From the IMG/VR virus record IMGVR_UViG_3300042914_001395, positions 1-31,867 of that record: 31,867 bases of DNA. One strand, given 5' to 3'. This document shows positions 13,654-23,062 of this stretch, piece after piece. Position 1 is the first letter of the stretch, and every line of letters begins with the position of its first letter. The notes below the pieces were generated by a model. It had not been told where the DNA came from. It saw only the letters and a list, made by a program, of their open reading frames with translations, and made no database searches. The DNA is from a virus. Taxonomy: Duplodnaviria; Caudoviricetes. Position numbers and translations under genes: made by a program.

Positions 13654-15470
13654 AAATTCTTACGCTTGATTTTGAAACCTATTACGACAAACAATTTAGC
13701 CTGTCGAAGATAACCACGGAAGAGTACGTCCGCGATGACCGGTTTGAAGTTATTGGCGTAGCCGTCAAGGAGAATGGTGGTGATACAGAATGGTTCAGCG
13801 GGACCTTTGAAGGGACGAAGGATTTCCTTAATCGGTATGACTGGGGTACTAGTTTTGCAGTTGCCCATAACGCTATGTTTGATGCTTCTATTCTTACTTG
13901 GCGGTTTGGCATCCGTCCTATGGCTTGGCTTGATACACTTAGTATGGCTCGTGCTGTTCATGGCACTGAAGTTGGCGGTTCGCTCGCTGCTTTGGTTAAA
14001 CACCACGGCCTCGGTGAAAAAGGCACAGAGGTTGGTGAGGCTATTGGAAAAAGACGGGGTGACTTCTCGCCTAGTGATCTGGATCGCTATGGGGCTTACT
14101 GTTGCAACGATGTGGACCTTACTTACGACCTTTTTAATGTCTTAAGCAAAAAGTTTAGTCGGGTAGAATTTAAACTGGTGGACATCACCATACGGATGTT
14201 CTCAGACCCGGTTCTACGGCTAGACTTACCACTGCTCGAGCAACATCTTGAAGAGGTTAAAGCCCGTAAAGATAAGTTGTTACGGGCCGTACAGGAAGAC
14301 CGCGAGGCTCTTATGAGTAACCAGAAGTTTGCTGAGTTACTAAAAAGATGCGGAGTGGTACCACCCACAAAGATAAGCCCAACGACAGGTAAAGAGACGC
14401 TGGCCCTCGCCAAAAGCGATGCGGCGTTTACTGCGCTGGCTGAACACCCAGATGAGCGGGTGCAAGCGTTGGTTGCGGCGAGGCTTGGAAACAAGAGCAC
14501 GTTGGAGGAGACCCGGACTGAGCGGTTTATCAATATCGCCAAGCGCGGCTCGATGCCCGTGCCCTTGCAGTATTACGCGGCTCACACAGGCCGCTGGGGT
14601 GGCACAGATAAGATTAACCTTCAGAACCTACCGAGCCGGGGGGCTAACGCAGGCAAACTTAAGTTAGCGATTCTCCCACCCAAGGGCTACGTGCTGATCG
14701 ACTCAGACTCAGCGCAGATCGAGGCCCGGGTGCTGGCTTGGTTGGCTAATCAATGTGATTTAACAGAAGCATTTGCAAAGGGTGAAGATGTATACAAAAT
14801 CATGGCGTCGGCTATTTATTCGAAGGCAAGCACCGAAATTACGAAGGAAGAGCGTTTTGTTGGTAAAACAACGATCCTTGGTTCTGGCTACGGAATGGGT
14901 GCAAAAAAATTCCAAGCGCAACTTAAAGGCTTTGGTGTGGAGATTTCGGAACAAGAGGCTTCGCACATTATTGCTGTCTACCGTGGGACCTATTCATTGA
15001 TCCCGGAGTTATGGCGCCAAGGCCAAGCCGCGATTGAGGCGATGGCTAGCAATCAGTCTGTGCCGTTTGGTAATGGGGCGGTGGTAGTCCACGGCAGGGA
15101 CGGGATCCTTATGCCTAACTCGATGTTCCAGCGGTACCCCAATCTACGAAAGGTATTAGATGAGCAGGGCAAGGAGCAGTACGTGTACGACGCCCGCCGG
15201 GGGGTCAATAAAATTTATGGTGGAAAGTTAGTGGAAAACATCTGTCAGGGTTTAGCCCGATGTATCATAGGGGAGCAGATGATTAAAATCGCCAAGCGGT
15301 ACAAGGTGGTTCTAACCGTCCACGATGCTGTGGCCTGCATTGCCCCGGAATCAGAGGTAGAAGAGGCTACTAAGTATGTTGAAGAATGCATGCGCTGGGT
15401 GCCCGACTGGGCTACTGGCTTGCCATTAAATTGTGAAGTTGGTTATGGAGAGAGTTATGGTAAATGTTAA
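13650..15470 (+). CDS. polA: family A DNA polymerase with 3'-5' exonuclease domain, 606 aa
   Basis: ExoI LDFET, AHNAxFD, HTGRW, NLQN, motif A DSAQIEAR, motif B RxxxKxxxLGxxYG, motif C VHD. Confidence 0.95.
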   Translation: MKILTLDFETYYDKQFSLSKITTEEYVRDDRFEVIGVAVKENGGDTEWFSGTFEGTKDFLNRYDWGTSFAVAHNAMFDASILTWRFGIRPMAWLDTLSMARAVHGTEVGGSLAALVKHHGLGEKGTEVGEAIGKRRGDFSPSDLDRYGAYCCNDVDLTYDLFNVLSKKFSRVEFKLVDITIRMFSDPVLRLDLPLLEQHLEEVKARKDKLLRAVQEDREALMSNQKFAELLKRCGVVPPTKISPTTGKETLALAKSDAAFTALAEHPDERVQALVAARLGNKSTLEETRTERFINIAKRGSMPVPLQYYAAHTGRWGGTDKINLQNLPSRGANAGKLKLAILPPKGYVLIDSDSAQIEARVLAWLANQCDLTEAFAKGEDVYKIMASAIYSKASTEITKEERFVGKTTILGSGYGMGAKKFQAQLKGFGVEISEQEASHIIAVYRGTYSLIPELWRQGQAAIEAMASNQSVPFGNGAVVVHGRDGILMPNSMFQRYPNLRKVLDEQGKEQYVYDARRGVNKIYGGKLVENICQGLARCIIGEQMIKIAKRYKVVLTVHDAVACIAPESEVEEATKYVEECMRWVPDWATGLPLNCEVGYGESYGKC

Positions 15471-15696
15471 AGGTATAGAGGCGTATAACAGTATAGCGTC
15501 ATTACAGAACACTACGATGAAAATAGATACTTCGTTAAATTACACGGCGCATGAAATAAAAGTAAAAGAGTTATTGAAAGAAGTTCATATACATTTATTA
15601 GGGCAAGACTTTGTAGCAGCGACATCCACGATTGACCAAGCAATTGTTGAACTACGGTTAATGAGAACGGCTATAAAAAGCCATATAAAAGAATGA
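15457..15696 (+). CDS. hypothetical protein, about 79 aa
   Basis: GGAGAG RBS before ATG 15457, ATGA coupling downstream. Start uncertain. Confidence 0.65.
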   Translation: MVNVKGIEAYNSIASLQNTTMKIDTSLNYTAHEIKVKELLKEVHIHLLGQDFVAATSTIDQAIVELRLMRTAIKSHIKE

Positions 15697-16373
15697 AGAT
15701 TCCTACGTGGTCTTACTCCTCCATTTCACTCTTTGATCAGTGTCCAAAGAAGTACTACCACCTGAAGGTGGTCAAGGACATTAAAGAACCGGAGTCTCAG
15801 GCCATGTTGTATGGCAAAGATCTGCATCTTGCTGCTGAGGAATTTGTGCGGGACAGCAAAGAGATGCCGGAAAAGTATGCTTTCATGGTGCCCTTGCTCG
15901 AGAAACTAAAGGCCCTCCCGGGAGAAAAGTACTGTGAGTATCAGATGGGGGTAAAGCGTTCCCCGGCGGGCTACCACATGACAAACTTTTTTGACCCTGA
16001 AGCCTACTACCGCGGGATCGCTGACTTACTTGTTATCAATAAAAAAGAAAACGAAGCACGGCTGGTAGACTACAAAACCGGTAAAAGCGCACAGTATGCA
16101 GACATGAAGCAATTGAAACTGCTGGCGGCGGCAACCTTTGTGCACTTCCCCTACATAAAAAAGATCAAGGCCGGACTGCTGTTTGTTATCGCTAAAGACT
16201 TTGTTACGGAAGAGTACGAGATTACAAAGCGGGACGAATATTTCGCGGAATTTGACCCGATTGTTGAGCGACTAGGGGTGGCTATTGAATCGGGGGTATG
16301 GAACCCCAAGCGCAATTTTACTTGCAAGAATTGGTGCGCAGTACTAAACTGTGTGCATAATGGAAGGGGATAG
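15693..16373 (+). CDS. PD-(D/E)XK exonuclease, Cas4/AddB-like
   Basis: WSYS...QCPKKY, G..LH, GIADL...VDYKTGK, Q motif, C-terminal CxxxC..C. Confidence 0.9.
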   Translation: MKIPTWSYSSISLFDQCPKKYYHLKVVKDIKEPESQAMLYGKDLHLAAEEFVRDSKEMPEKYAFMVPLLEKLKALPGEKYCEYQMGVKRSPAGYHMTNFFDPEAYYRGIADLLVINKKENEARLVDYKTGKSAQYADMKQLKLLAAATFVHFPYIKKIKAGLLFVIAKDFVTEEYEITKRDEYFAEFDPIVERLGVAIESGVWNPKRNFTCKNWCAVLNCVHNGRG

Positions 16374-16374
16374 C

Positions 16375-16653
16375 ATGGCTAGGGATTACAAGCGTGAATA
16401 CGCTACATATCAAGGCACTGATGACCAGAAAAAGAAGCGTGCGCTACGCAACAAGGCACGCAGGCAGGCTATCCGTGATGGTAAGGCTAGCAAGGGGGAT
16501 GGCACGGACGTGCATCACGTTACGGCTATTTCTAAAGGCGGCGCTAATGGCAGGACCAAAGTGGTTCCGGCCTCTGAAAATCGCTCCTTTGACCGGGATT
16601 CAAAACGTGCATTGATCTCTGAGATCAGTTCGCGGGAACGTAAAAAGAAGTAG
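16375..16653 (+). CDS. HNH endonuclease-like protein, 92 aa
   Basis: RDYKREY...RNKARR...DVHH...SKGGxN...SENRS. AAGGGG RBS before ATG 16375. Confidence 0.8.
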   Translation: MARDYKREYATYQGTDDQKKKRALRNKARRQAIRDGKASKGDGTDVHHVTAISKGGANGRTKVVPASENRSFDRDSKRALISEISSRERKKK

Positions 16654-16725
16654 TTGTAATTTGTTGTAGTTTTGTTTTATCCGAAAGCGGACACCGCTTT
16701 TGGAGGCTTGGCTATCGGAGAGTGC

Positions 16726-18273
16726 GTGAAAATATTAGAAAACAAAGCGCTTTTATTAAAAGTAAAAGACGCTGAACGGATTACCAAAGTTATCCCTAAG
16801 AGCAGGGTAATGGCGGCGCATCCAGATCATTACGAAGTGCTTGTGCATTGGGGGTTGGAAGAATCCCGGGTGCTAAAAAACCTGAACATTAAAAATGTTC
16901 CGTCGCCTATTCTGGGTAACTACAAATGGAACGGTCTGTACAAACCGTTTGATCATCAGAAAACAACTTCGGCATTTCTAACTCTGCACAAGCGGGGCTT
17001 TTGCTTCAACGAGCAGGGGACCGGCAAAACAGGTTCCGTCATCTGGGCCGCAGACTATTTGATGACGCTTGGATTTATCAAGCGAGTCTTGGTTATCTGC
17101 CCGCTATCAATCATGGAGTCGGCATGGCGTGCAGACCTTTTTAAGTTTGCCATGCACCGATCAGTGGATGTGGCCTACGGCAACCGAGACAAAAGAAAAA
17201 CAATTATCGAGGGTTCAGCAGAATTTGTAGTCATTAACTTTGATGGTGTTGAAATTGTTGCTGACGATATTAGTAAAGCAAAGTTTGACTTGATTGTTGT
17301 GGACGAGGCCAACGCCTACAAGAACCCGCAGACCAAGCGCTGGAAGGTTCTAAACCGTCTGGTTACGCCTGAAACATGGCTGTGGATGTTGACGGGTACC
17401 CCCGCATCCCAATCGCCGCTCGATGCCTATGGGCTGGCAAAGTTGGTTTCTCCTGACCGTGTGCCGAAGTACATGACGCTCTTCCGGGATATGGTCCTCT
17501 ACAAAGTTAGCCAGTTCCGATGGATAGCAAAGCCCAACGCTGACACGGTAGTACACAACGCTCTACAGCCTGCCATCCGGTTCACCAAGGAGCAGTGCCT
17601 AGACCTACCAGAGATGACCTACGTCACCCGGGACATACCGCTTACCCCTCAGCAAACTAAGTACTACGAGATTATGCGCAAGGAAATGCTGGTCAGCGCC
17701 GCGGGGGAGCAGATAACTACAATCAATGCCGCAGCCAATCTCAATAAATTGCTTCAATTGTCAGGGGGCGCAGTCTATTCGGATACTGGCGAGGTAGTCC
17801 AGTTTGACGCAGGGACTCGGATGTCCGTGCTGGAGGAAGTAATCGACGAGGCGTCTCACAAAGTCTTAGTGTTTGTACCGTTTCGCCACGCTATCGAAAT
17901 CATCACGGAGCACCTGAAAAAGCGCTATGCCGTGGATACTATTCACGGAGGGGTATCAGCCGGGAAGCGCACCCAGATCTTTGAAAAATTCCAAAAAGAA
18001 AAAGATCCTCGCGTGTTAATTATTCAGCCGCAAGCCGCCAGCCACGGGGTAACCCTACATGCCGCAGACACCATTGTGTACTGGAGTCCTGTTATGTCAG
18101 TGGAGACTTACCTACAAGCAAACGCCCGGGTCCATCGTGCGGGCCAGAAAAACGCGACAACGGTAATCCACCTGCAAGGTAGCCCAGTAGAACGCAAACT
18201 TTACAAAATGTTGCAGGACAAGGTAGACGTACATTTAAAAATTACAGATATGTATACGGAACTTTTATCTTAA
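16726..18273 (+). CDS. SNF2-family (SF2) helicase
   Basis: EQGTGKT, VVDEA, LTGTP, HGVTL and QANARVHRAGQ motifs. GGAGAGTGC RBS before GTG 16726. Confidence 0.95.
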   Translation: MKILENKALLLKVKDAERITKVIPKSRVMAAHPDHYEVLVHWGLEESRVLKNLNIKNVPSPILGNYKWNGLYKPFDHQKTTSAFLTLHKRGFCFNEQGTGKTGSVIWAADYLMTLGFIKRVLVICPLSIMESAWRADLFKFAMHRSVDVAYGNRDKRKTIIEGSAEFVVINFDGVEIVADDISKAKFDLIVVDEANAYKNPQTKRWKVLNRLVTPETWLWMLTGTPASQSPLDAYGLAKLVSPDRVPKYMTLFRDMVLYKVSQFRWIAKPNADTVVHNALQPAIRFTKEQCLDLPEMTYVTRDIPLTPQQTKYYEIMRKEMLVSAAGEQITTINAAANLNKLLQLSGGAVYSDTGEVVQFDAGTRMSVLEEVIDEASHKVLVFVPFRHAIEIITEHLKKRYAVDTIHGGVSAGKRTQIFEKFQKEKDPRVLIIQPQAASHGVTLHAADTIVYWSPVMSVETYLQANARVHRAGQKNATTVIHLQGSPVERKLYKMLQDKVDVHLKITDMYTELLS

Positions 18274-18282
18274 AAAAGACTC

Positions 18283-18310
18283 TTGACAATGTAAAGAGCA
18301 GTGTTATAAT
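18283..18310 (+). promoter_or_regulatory. sigma70 promoter for the SSB/primase operon
   Basis: TTGACA-16 nt-TATAAT with a TG extended -10. Confidence 0.85.
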
Positions 18311-18332
18311 TAAGAAAAAACAGGAGAGTGTT

Positions 18333-18761
18333 ATGAATCAAGAAAGTATGTCTATTCAGGATTGCCTGAAAAAGGCAAGCACTGAGCAGTTAGTAAAATC
18401 CTACATCAAAATTCGCGATGCCATCGAAGTATTGGAGCGCGAGCACAAAGAAGCAATTAAGCAACGTGCTGAAAAACAAAGCATGATTGAAGAAGAACTT
18501 CTTGCTCGATGCAACGATGCTGGTGGCAATATCACGATCCCAACTGTAGGGCGTGTTACCCGTCGTATTATGAAGCGTTACTGGACCTCTAATTGGCCTG
18601 CGCTTTACCAAATCATCAAGGAGAACGATGCGTTTCATTTGTTGCATCAACGCATTACAAACAATGCAATGGATCAGTTCCTTGAGGAAAACCCAGATCT
18701 CATGCCAGCCGGTTTGAATCTGGATAGCAAGCAAACCGTTGTTGTAACTCGAATGTCTTAA
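18333..18761 (+). CDS. conserved phage replication-module protein (N-terminal coiled coil), 142 aa
   Basis: YIKIRD...W..LY..IKEN...LL.QRI...FLEENP..PxGL, located upstream of the SSB-like gene. Confidence 0.8.
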   Translation: MNQESMSIQDCLKKASTEQLVKSYIKIRDAIEVLEREHKEAIKQRAEKQSMIEEELLARCNDAGGNITIPTVGRVTRRIMKRYWTSNWPALYQIIKENDAFHLLHQRITNNAMDQFLEENPDLMPAGLNLDSKQTVVVTRMS

Positions 18762-18779
18762 TTTTTAAGGAGAGTAGTC

Positions 18780-19664
18780 ATGTCAGATTTAGAACTTTTT
18801 AAAGGTGGTATACCGGCTCACTTGCAAAAGAAAGAGTTGGACGAAGCAACCAGATCACTTATGGGTGTGCAAAGCAGTGTTGGTACAACAGCAGGCAAAC
18901 GTATCTCAATCAAGGCGGGTGTATTCCGCATGATTGTGGACGGCGAAGAAGTTGCGCAGAACCAAGACCGTGCAATGAATGTCATCATTGTTTCAGCGGC
19001 GCCCAAAGACTCGCGCACGTTTTATGCTGAGAAGTTTGTAGAGGGTCAGAAAATATCTGCCCCAGACTGCTGGTCTAATAACGGGGACTACCCGGATGCA
19101 AAGGCCAAGAACCCTCAGTCCAAGCGTTGCGTGGATTGCCCTCAGAATCAGGCAGGGTCTGCACCCAATGGTAAGCGTGCTTGCCGGTACAGCCGTCGTG
19201 TTGCGGTGTCCTTAGAGAATGATTTGAATGGTGATGTGTATCAACTAACCATCCCAGCAAACTCTTTGTGGAACGCAGACAATGGCAAACTAGGTATTAA
19301 ACCTTATGCCGAACTGTTGGGTAGTCATAACCTAAACGTAACAGACGTGGTCACTGAGATCCGTTTTGATACTACTAGTTCTTCTCCCAAACTGGGGTTC
19401 AAGGCTATCCGTCCTTTGACTGAAGAAGAGATCGCTAAAGTACAAGAACTTAGCAAAACTTCTGAGGCTCAAAAGGCTATTGGTCATACCCCTGCCGCGC
19501 TTGATGGCGCCGCGCAGCCTGCCGCTTTACCAGCCGCCGAACCCAAATCGGAGCCTAAAGCAGCAAAGCCTGCCGAGCCTATCAAAGAACCCGTGAAGCG
19601 TGAGAAAAAAGACGCTGCACCTAAAGAAGATGTAGGCGAACTTCTCGACGACTGGGCCAACTAA
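18780..19664 (+). CDS. putative single-stranded DNA-binding protein
   Basis: RISIK.G.F, PDCWS, CxxCP.N..GS...AC, Pro/Ala/Lys linker and acidic-aromatic C-terminus (LLDDWAN). Function inferred from context. Confidence 0.65.
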   Translation: MSDLELFKGGIPAHLQKKELDEATRSLMGVQSSVGTTAGKRISIKAGVFRMIVDGEEVAQNQDRAMNVIIVSAAPKDSRTFYAEKFVEGQKISAPDCWSNNGDYPDAKAKNPQSKRCVDCPQNQAGSAPNGKRACRYSRRVAVSLENDLNGDVYQLTIPANSLWNADNGKLGIKPYAELLGSHNLNVTDVVTEIRFDTTSSSPKLGFKAIRPLTEEEIAKVQELSKTSEAQKAIGHTPAALDGAAQPAALPAAEPKSEPKAAKPAEPIKEPVKREKKDAAPKEDVGELLDDWAN

Positions 19665-19690
19665 AAGGGGTGGGGCATCAGCCCCTTTTA
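19662..19690 (+). terminator. hairpin / probable terminator after the SSB-like gene
   Basis: TAAAAGGGG...CCCCTTTTA inverted repeat. Confidence 0.6.
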
Positions 19691-19693
19691 AAA

Positions 19694-19921
19694 ATGATTG
19701 GATACACAGTTGCTCTTGTAAGAGCGGTTCGACGTGCGCCAAAGCATAAGATCGGTGTTCAACTGGGGCTAGCCTGTATTGAGGCTGGTGTCCCAGTGAC
19801 ACAGATTGCTAAGGAATTTCGTGTAACCCGGCCTACGATTTATGCGTGGTTCACGGGTAAAGCAAATCCTAATTGGCGGCAAGAAGAAGCCATTGCTAAA
19901 TACATAAATAAGTTGGCGTAA
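19694..19921 (+). CDS. Cro/XRE-like HTH protein, 75 aa
   Basis: VTQIAKEFRVTRPTIYAWFTGK..P. Confidence 0.85.
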   Translation: MIGYTVALVRAVRRAPKHKIGVQLGLACIEAGVPVTQIAKEFRVTRPTIYAWFTGKANPNWRQEEAIAKYINKLA

Positions 19922-19953
19922 GCCATTCTTAACAAATTTTTTATTGAGAGCGT

Positions 19954-22767
19954 ATGACCTCAAGGAATCTTTTTCTCTCCGCAGTCTTGCCTACAGACGG
20001 CCTGTACTGTGTGGTAGGGTTAAAAAGGGGAACTCCACGGCAGACATTTGTAAGTTCGCTGGAAGAAGTTGATGAGTTAGCAAACACTTTGGTAGAACAG
20101 CAGTTCGATGTCTACTTTGGTTGCGCTAAATTTGAGACTGACGAAGGACGAACAGCAAAGAATGCTAAATGGTTTAAAGCATTTTGGCTTGATTTAGATT
20201 GTGGTGAGGGGAAAGAGTACGAAGGACAAGCACAGGCACTGACTGCTTTAAAACAGTTTTGCCAAACAGTAGGGCTACCAAAACCAACGCTGATTAATTC
20301 GGGTCGAGGGATACATGCATACTGGCCTCTAGTTGAGACGGTGTCGTATAACGAGTGGAAACCCGTTGCCGAAGCGTTTAAAAAACTATGTGCTGAGAAA
20401 GACCTTCACGCTGATCCTTCTGTAACTTCGGATGCCGCACGCATTCTGCGCATACCCGACACACTTAACTTCAAGAACCAAGAAGCACCCTATAAAGTTG
20501 TAGCCATGTCGTTGTCCGAGCCGCTGGAGTTCGGCGTGTTCAAAGACAAGGTCGGGTTTAACTTTATGGCTACCCTAACCCCGAACAACAAAAAAGCACT
20601 CGATGACACTACCCGGGCGTTAATAGGTAATCGTATATCGAAGTTCCACAACATAATGTTGAAAGCGAAAAATGGGAAAGGTTGCCAACAACTTAGTTAT
20701 ATTTACAAAAACCAAGACTCTGTCAAAGAACCCTTGTGGAGATCTGGCCTTTCTATCGCTCAGTTTTGTCAAGATAGGGAGACAGCAATACACCGTCTAT
20801 CGAGTAAACACCCAAACTACTCCGCTTCCGAAACTGAAGACAAGGCTTCCTCGATCCCCGGGCCACATCGCTGTGAGACATTTGAAACAAATAACCCTAA
20901 TGGGTGCGAAGGGTGCCCACACAAAGGCAAGATCTCTTCCCCAATTCAATTGGGTACCGAGATCGCAGAGGCAACTGCTGAAGATAATATTGTTGTTATT
21001 AAAAACGAAACTATTGGCACCGAAGTTACAGTGGAGATCCCGCCATACCCCTTTCCTTATTTCAGGGGGAAAAAGGGGGGAGTCTATAAACGTGGGATGC
21101 CTAACTCAGACTCTGAAGAAGACGGCGAAGACGTATTGATCTACGAACACGATTTCTATGTTGTTAAGCGATTAATTGATCCCCGTGATGGTGAGATGGT
21201 TTGGATGCGGTTGCACATGCCTAGAGATGGTATCCGAGAGTTTTCAGTTCCACTTACCAGCGTGGGGGCAAAAGACAAACTACGAGAAATAATTGCTGCC
21301 AAAGGCGTGGCGGCTTTAGGTAAACAAATGGACAACATCATGGCTTACATAACAAAGTGGGTTAAAGAACTACAAACAATGACAACGGCGGAACTTTCTC
21401 GGGTTCAGTTTGGGTGGACAGCAGAAAACACATTCATCATCGGAGACCGGGAAATTAAAGCGGGCGAAATAATATACAGCCCACCCTCGAGCGATACTAT
21501 TAATCTAGTCCCTGCTTATACAAAGGGCGGCACGCTGGAGAATTGGAGAAAGATTGCGAACTGGTATAACCGTCCAAACATGGAGGCCCGGGCGTTTAAT
21601 TTATTTGCAGGGTTTGGAACCCCACTGCTTAAGTTCACAAACCTGAAAGGCGTGCAGATCCACCTAACCGATGACGGGTCGGGTACTGGCAAGACCTCGA
21701 TTGAGATGGCTATCAACTCTATTTTTGGGCATCCAGAAAAGACCATGCTGTACGAACAGGATAAGTTTCTGGCTAAGATGCACCGCATGGGTACGGTTCA
21801 AAACATGCCTGTCTGTATTGATGAGATAACAAATACTGCCCCGGAAGAAATAAGTAACCTTGCATACATATCAACGCAGGGTCGAGGCCGTAATCGAATG
21901 ATGACCCAGAGTAACTCCGAGCGTATTAACAATACGACTTGGGCTTTGATTCTCTGGACCTCGGGAAACAAGTCTGTGCATGACGTGCTCTACAGTATGA
22001 AGACCTTTCCAGAAGGCGAGTTGATGCGGGTAGTTGAGATCAATATCCCCAGAGACTTAACAGCCACTAAAGAAGAGTCGGACGAGTGGTACAACAGCAT
22101 GTTCGAGAATTACGGTCTGGCGGGGGAAGCCTACATGAAATATGTGGTGGCTCACCAAGAATACATCCGGGACAAGATCAAAGAAATCCAAGCCAAGTTT
22201 GACGAGGATGCTGGTCTGACTCAACGGGAGCGTTTTTACTCTGCCTTGGCGGCGGTGGCTATAGTGGGCGGCATGATTTCCAAAAAGTTAGAACTGCACG
22301 ATATTGAAATCAAGCGGGTCTATCAGTGGGCGGTCAAGCATTTCTCTGGGGCTAGAAGTTCGGTCAAACCTAATTCCCTAGTTCCTTTGGATCAACTTGG
22401 CCTATATCTCAACGAGCACAATCAAAACCTGCTGGTCATTAATAGCGAGATTGATAGCCGCACGAGCATGGAGCAAGCACCCATCCAGACCCCGTACCGC
22501 GAACTGCTAACCCGTTACGAGCCAGATACTCGGCTACTTTTTATCAATACCAAGCACTTCCGGGATTGGTGTACCCAAAACCAAGTTTCCTATAGGACCA
22601 TATCTGCCAGCCTAGAGAAAGATGGCGTGGCGCAATTGGGAGTAAAAAAGCGTCTGGCTCGGGGCACAAAACTCAATACGCCCGCGGTCAACACAATGGT
22701 CATTGATACCCGCAAGATAGAGGGGTTCGACATGCAGGAGTACATCCCAAATGGAAATCTTGAATGA
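19954..22767 (+). CDS. primase-helicase: AEP/RepB-like primase, Cys cluster, DUF927 and P-loop ATPase
   Basis: WLDLD, SGRGIHAYW, RILRIPxTxN, C...CxxCP, QFGW, GSGTGKT and IDE motifs. Confidence 0.9.
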   Translation: MTSRNLFLSAVLPTDGLYCVVGLKRGTPRQTFVSSLEEVDELANTLVEQQFDVYFGCAKFETDEGRTAKNAKWFKAFWLDLDCGEGKEYEGQAQALTALKQFCQTVGLPKPTLINSGRGIHAYWPLVETVSYNEWKPVAEAFKKLCAEKDLHADPSVTSDAARILRIPDTLNFKNQEAPYKVVAMSLSEPLEFGVFKDKVGFNFMATLTPNNKKALDDTTRALIGNRISKFHNIMLKAKNGKGCQQLSYIYKNQDSVKEPLWRSGLSIAQFCQDRETAIHRLSSKHPNYSASETEDKASSIPGPHRCETFETNNPNGCEGCPHKGKISSPIQLGTEIAEATAEDNIVVIKNETIGTEVTVEIPPYPFPYFRGKKGGVYKRGMPNSDSEEDGEDVLIYEHDFYVVKRLIDPRDGEMVWMRLHMPRDGIREFSVPLTSVGAKDKLREIIAAKGVAALGKQMDNIMAYITKWVKELQTMTTAELSRVQFGWTAENTFIIGDREIKAGEIIYSPPSSDTINLVPAYTKGGTLENWRKIANWYNRPNMEARAFNLFAGFGTPLLKFTNLKGVQIHLTDDGSGTGKTSIEMAINSIFGHPEKTMLYEQDKFLAKMHRMGTVQNMPVCIDEITNTAPEEISNLAYISTQGRGRNRMMTQSNSERINNTTWALILWTSGNKSVHDVLYSMKTFPEGELMRVVEINIPRDLTATKEESDEWYNSMFENYGLAGEAYMKYVVAHQEYIRDKIKEIQAKFDEDAGLTQRERFYSALAAVAIVGGMISKKLELHDIEIKRVYQWAVKHFSGARSSVKPNSLVPLDQLGLYLNEHNQNLLVINSEIDSRTSMEQAPIQTPYRELLTRYEPDTRLLFINTKHFRDWCTQNQVSYRTISASLEKDGVAQLGVKKRLARGTKLNTPAVNTMVIDTRKIEGFDMQEYIPNGNLE

Positions 22768-22954
22768 GGGGGTCCCGGTCTATATTGAATGGCATCTTTT
22801 GGCCCCGGGGGCATCTTTCTTTATTCCGGCGATTCAAACCACCCAACTGGCCCGGGCAGTCCGTAAAAGAGCCGCGGAGCGGGGGATTACCTTAACTCAC
22901 AGGGTCTGCATAGACAACGGCATGTATGGGGTCAGATTCTGGAGGGTTCCCTAA
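22751..22954 (+). CDS. small conserved phage protein, 67 aa
   Basis: AGGAG RBS, W..L.PGxSFFIP...GVRFWR motif. Confidence 0.8.
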   Translation: MEILNEGVPVYIEWHLLAPGASFFIPAIQTTQLARAVRKRAAERGITLTHRVCIDNGMYGVRFWRVP

Positions 22955-22981
22955 TCAAGAATCCTGTGGTAGATTCCGGAG

Positions 22982-23060
22982 CGGTGTATGGCTATTTATA
23001 GTCATGGCACTCTCCTCGTAGTACTTTACGCCCTCTGATCCCCTTGGAGGGCGTTTTTTT
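22982..23060 (+). ncRNA. candidate small RNA (or structured 3' UTR) carrying an anti-RBS seed
   Basis: Extended -10-like TG-G-TAGATT (22967-22975), 5' hairpin 22984-23010, seed CACTCTCCTCGTAG, intrinsic terminator. The 5' end is estimated. Confidence 0.5.
23028..23060 (+). terminator. intrinsic terminator at the convergence of the early/middle and late arms
   Basis: ACGCCCTCTGA-TCCCC-TTGGAGGGCGT followed by a T-run. Confidence 0.9.
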
Positions 23061-23062
23061 CT

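Noticed and set aside
13488-14966. Antisense and off-frame ORFs within polA, and similar ones within the Bug, helicase, primase and LPD38 genes
   Set aside because: Fully nested in well-supported genes, with no motifs or translation signals.
22955-23005. 16-codon minus-strand ORF MTINSHTPLRNLPQDS with a perfect GAGGAGAG RBS
   Set aside because: Very short, with no recognisable features. Kept only as the alternative explanation for the anti-RBS seed and not annotated as a CDS.
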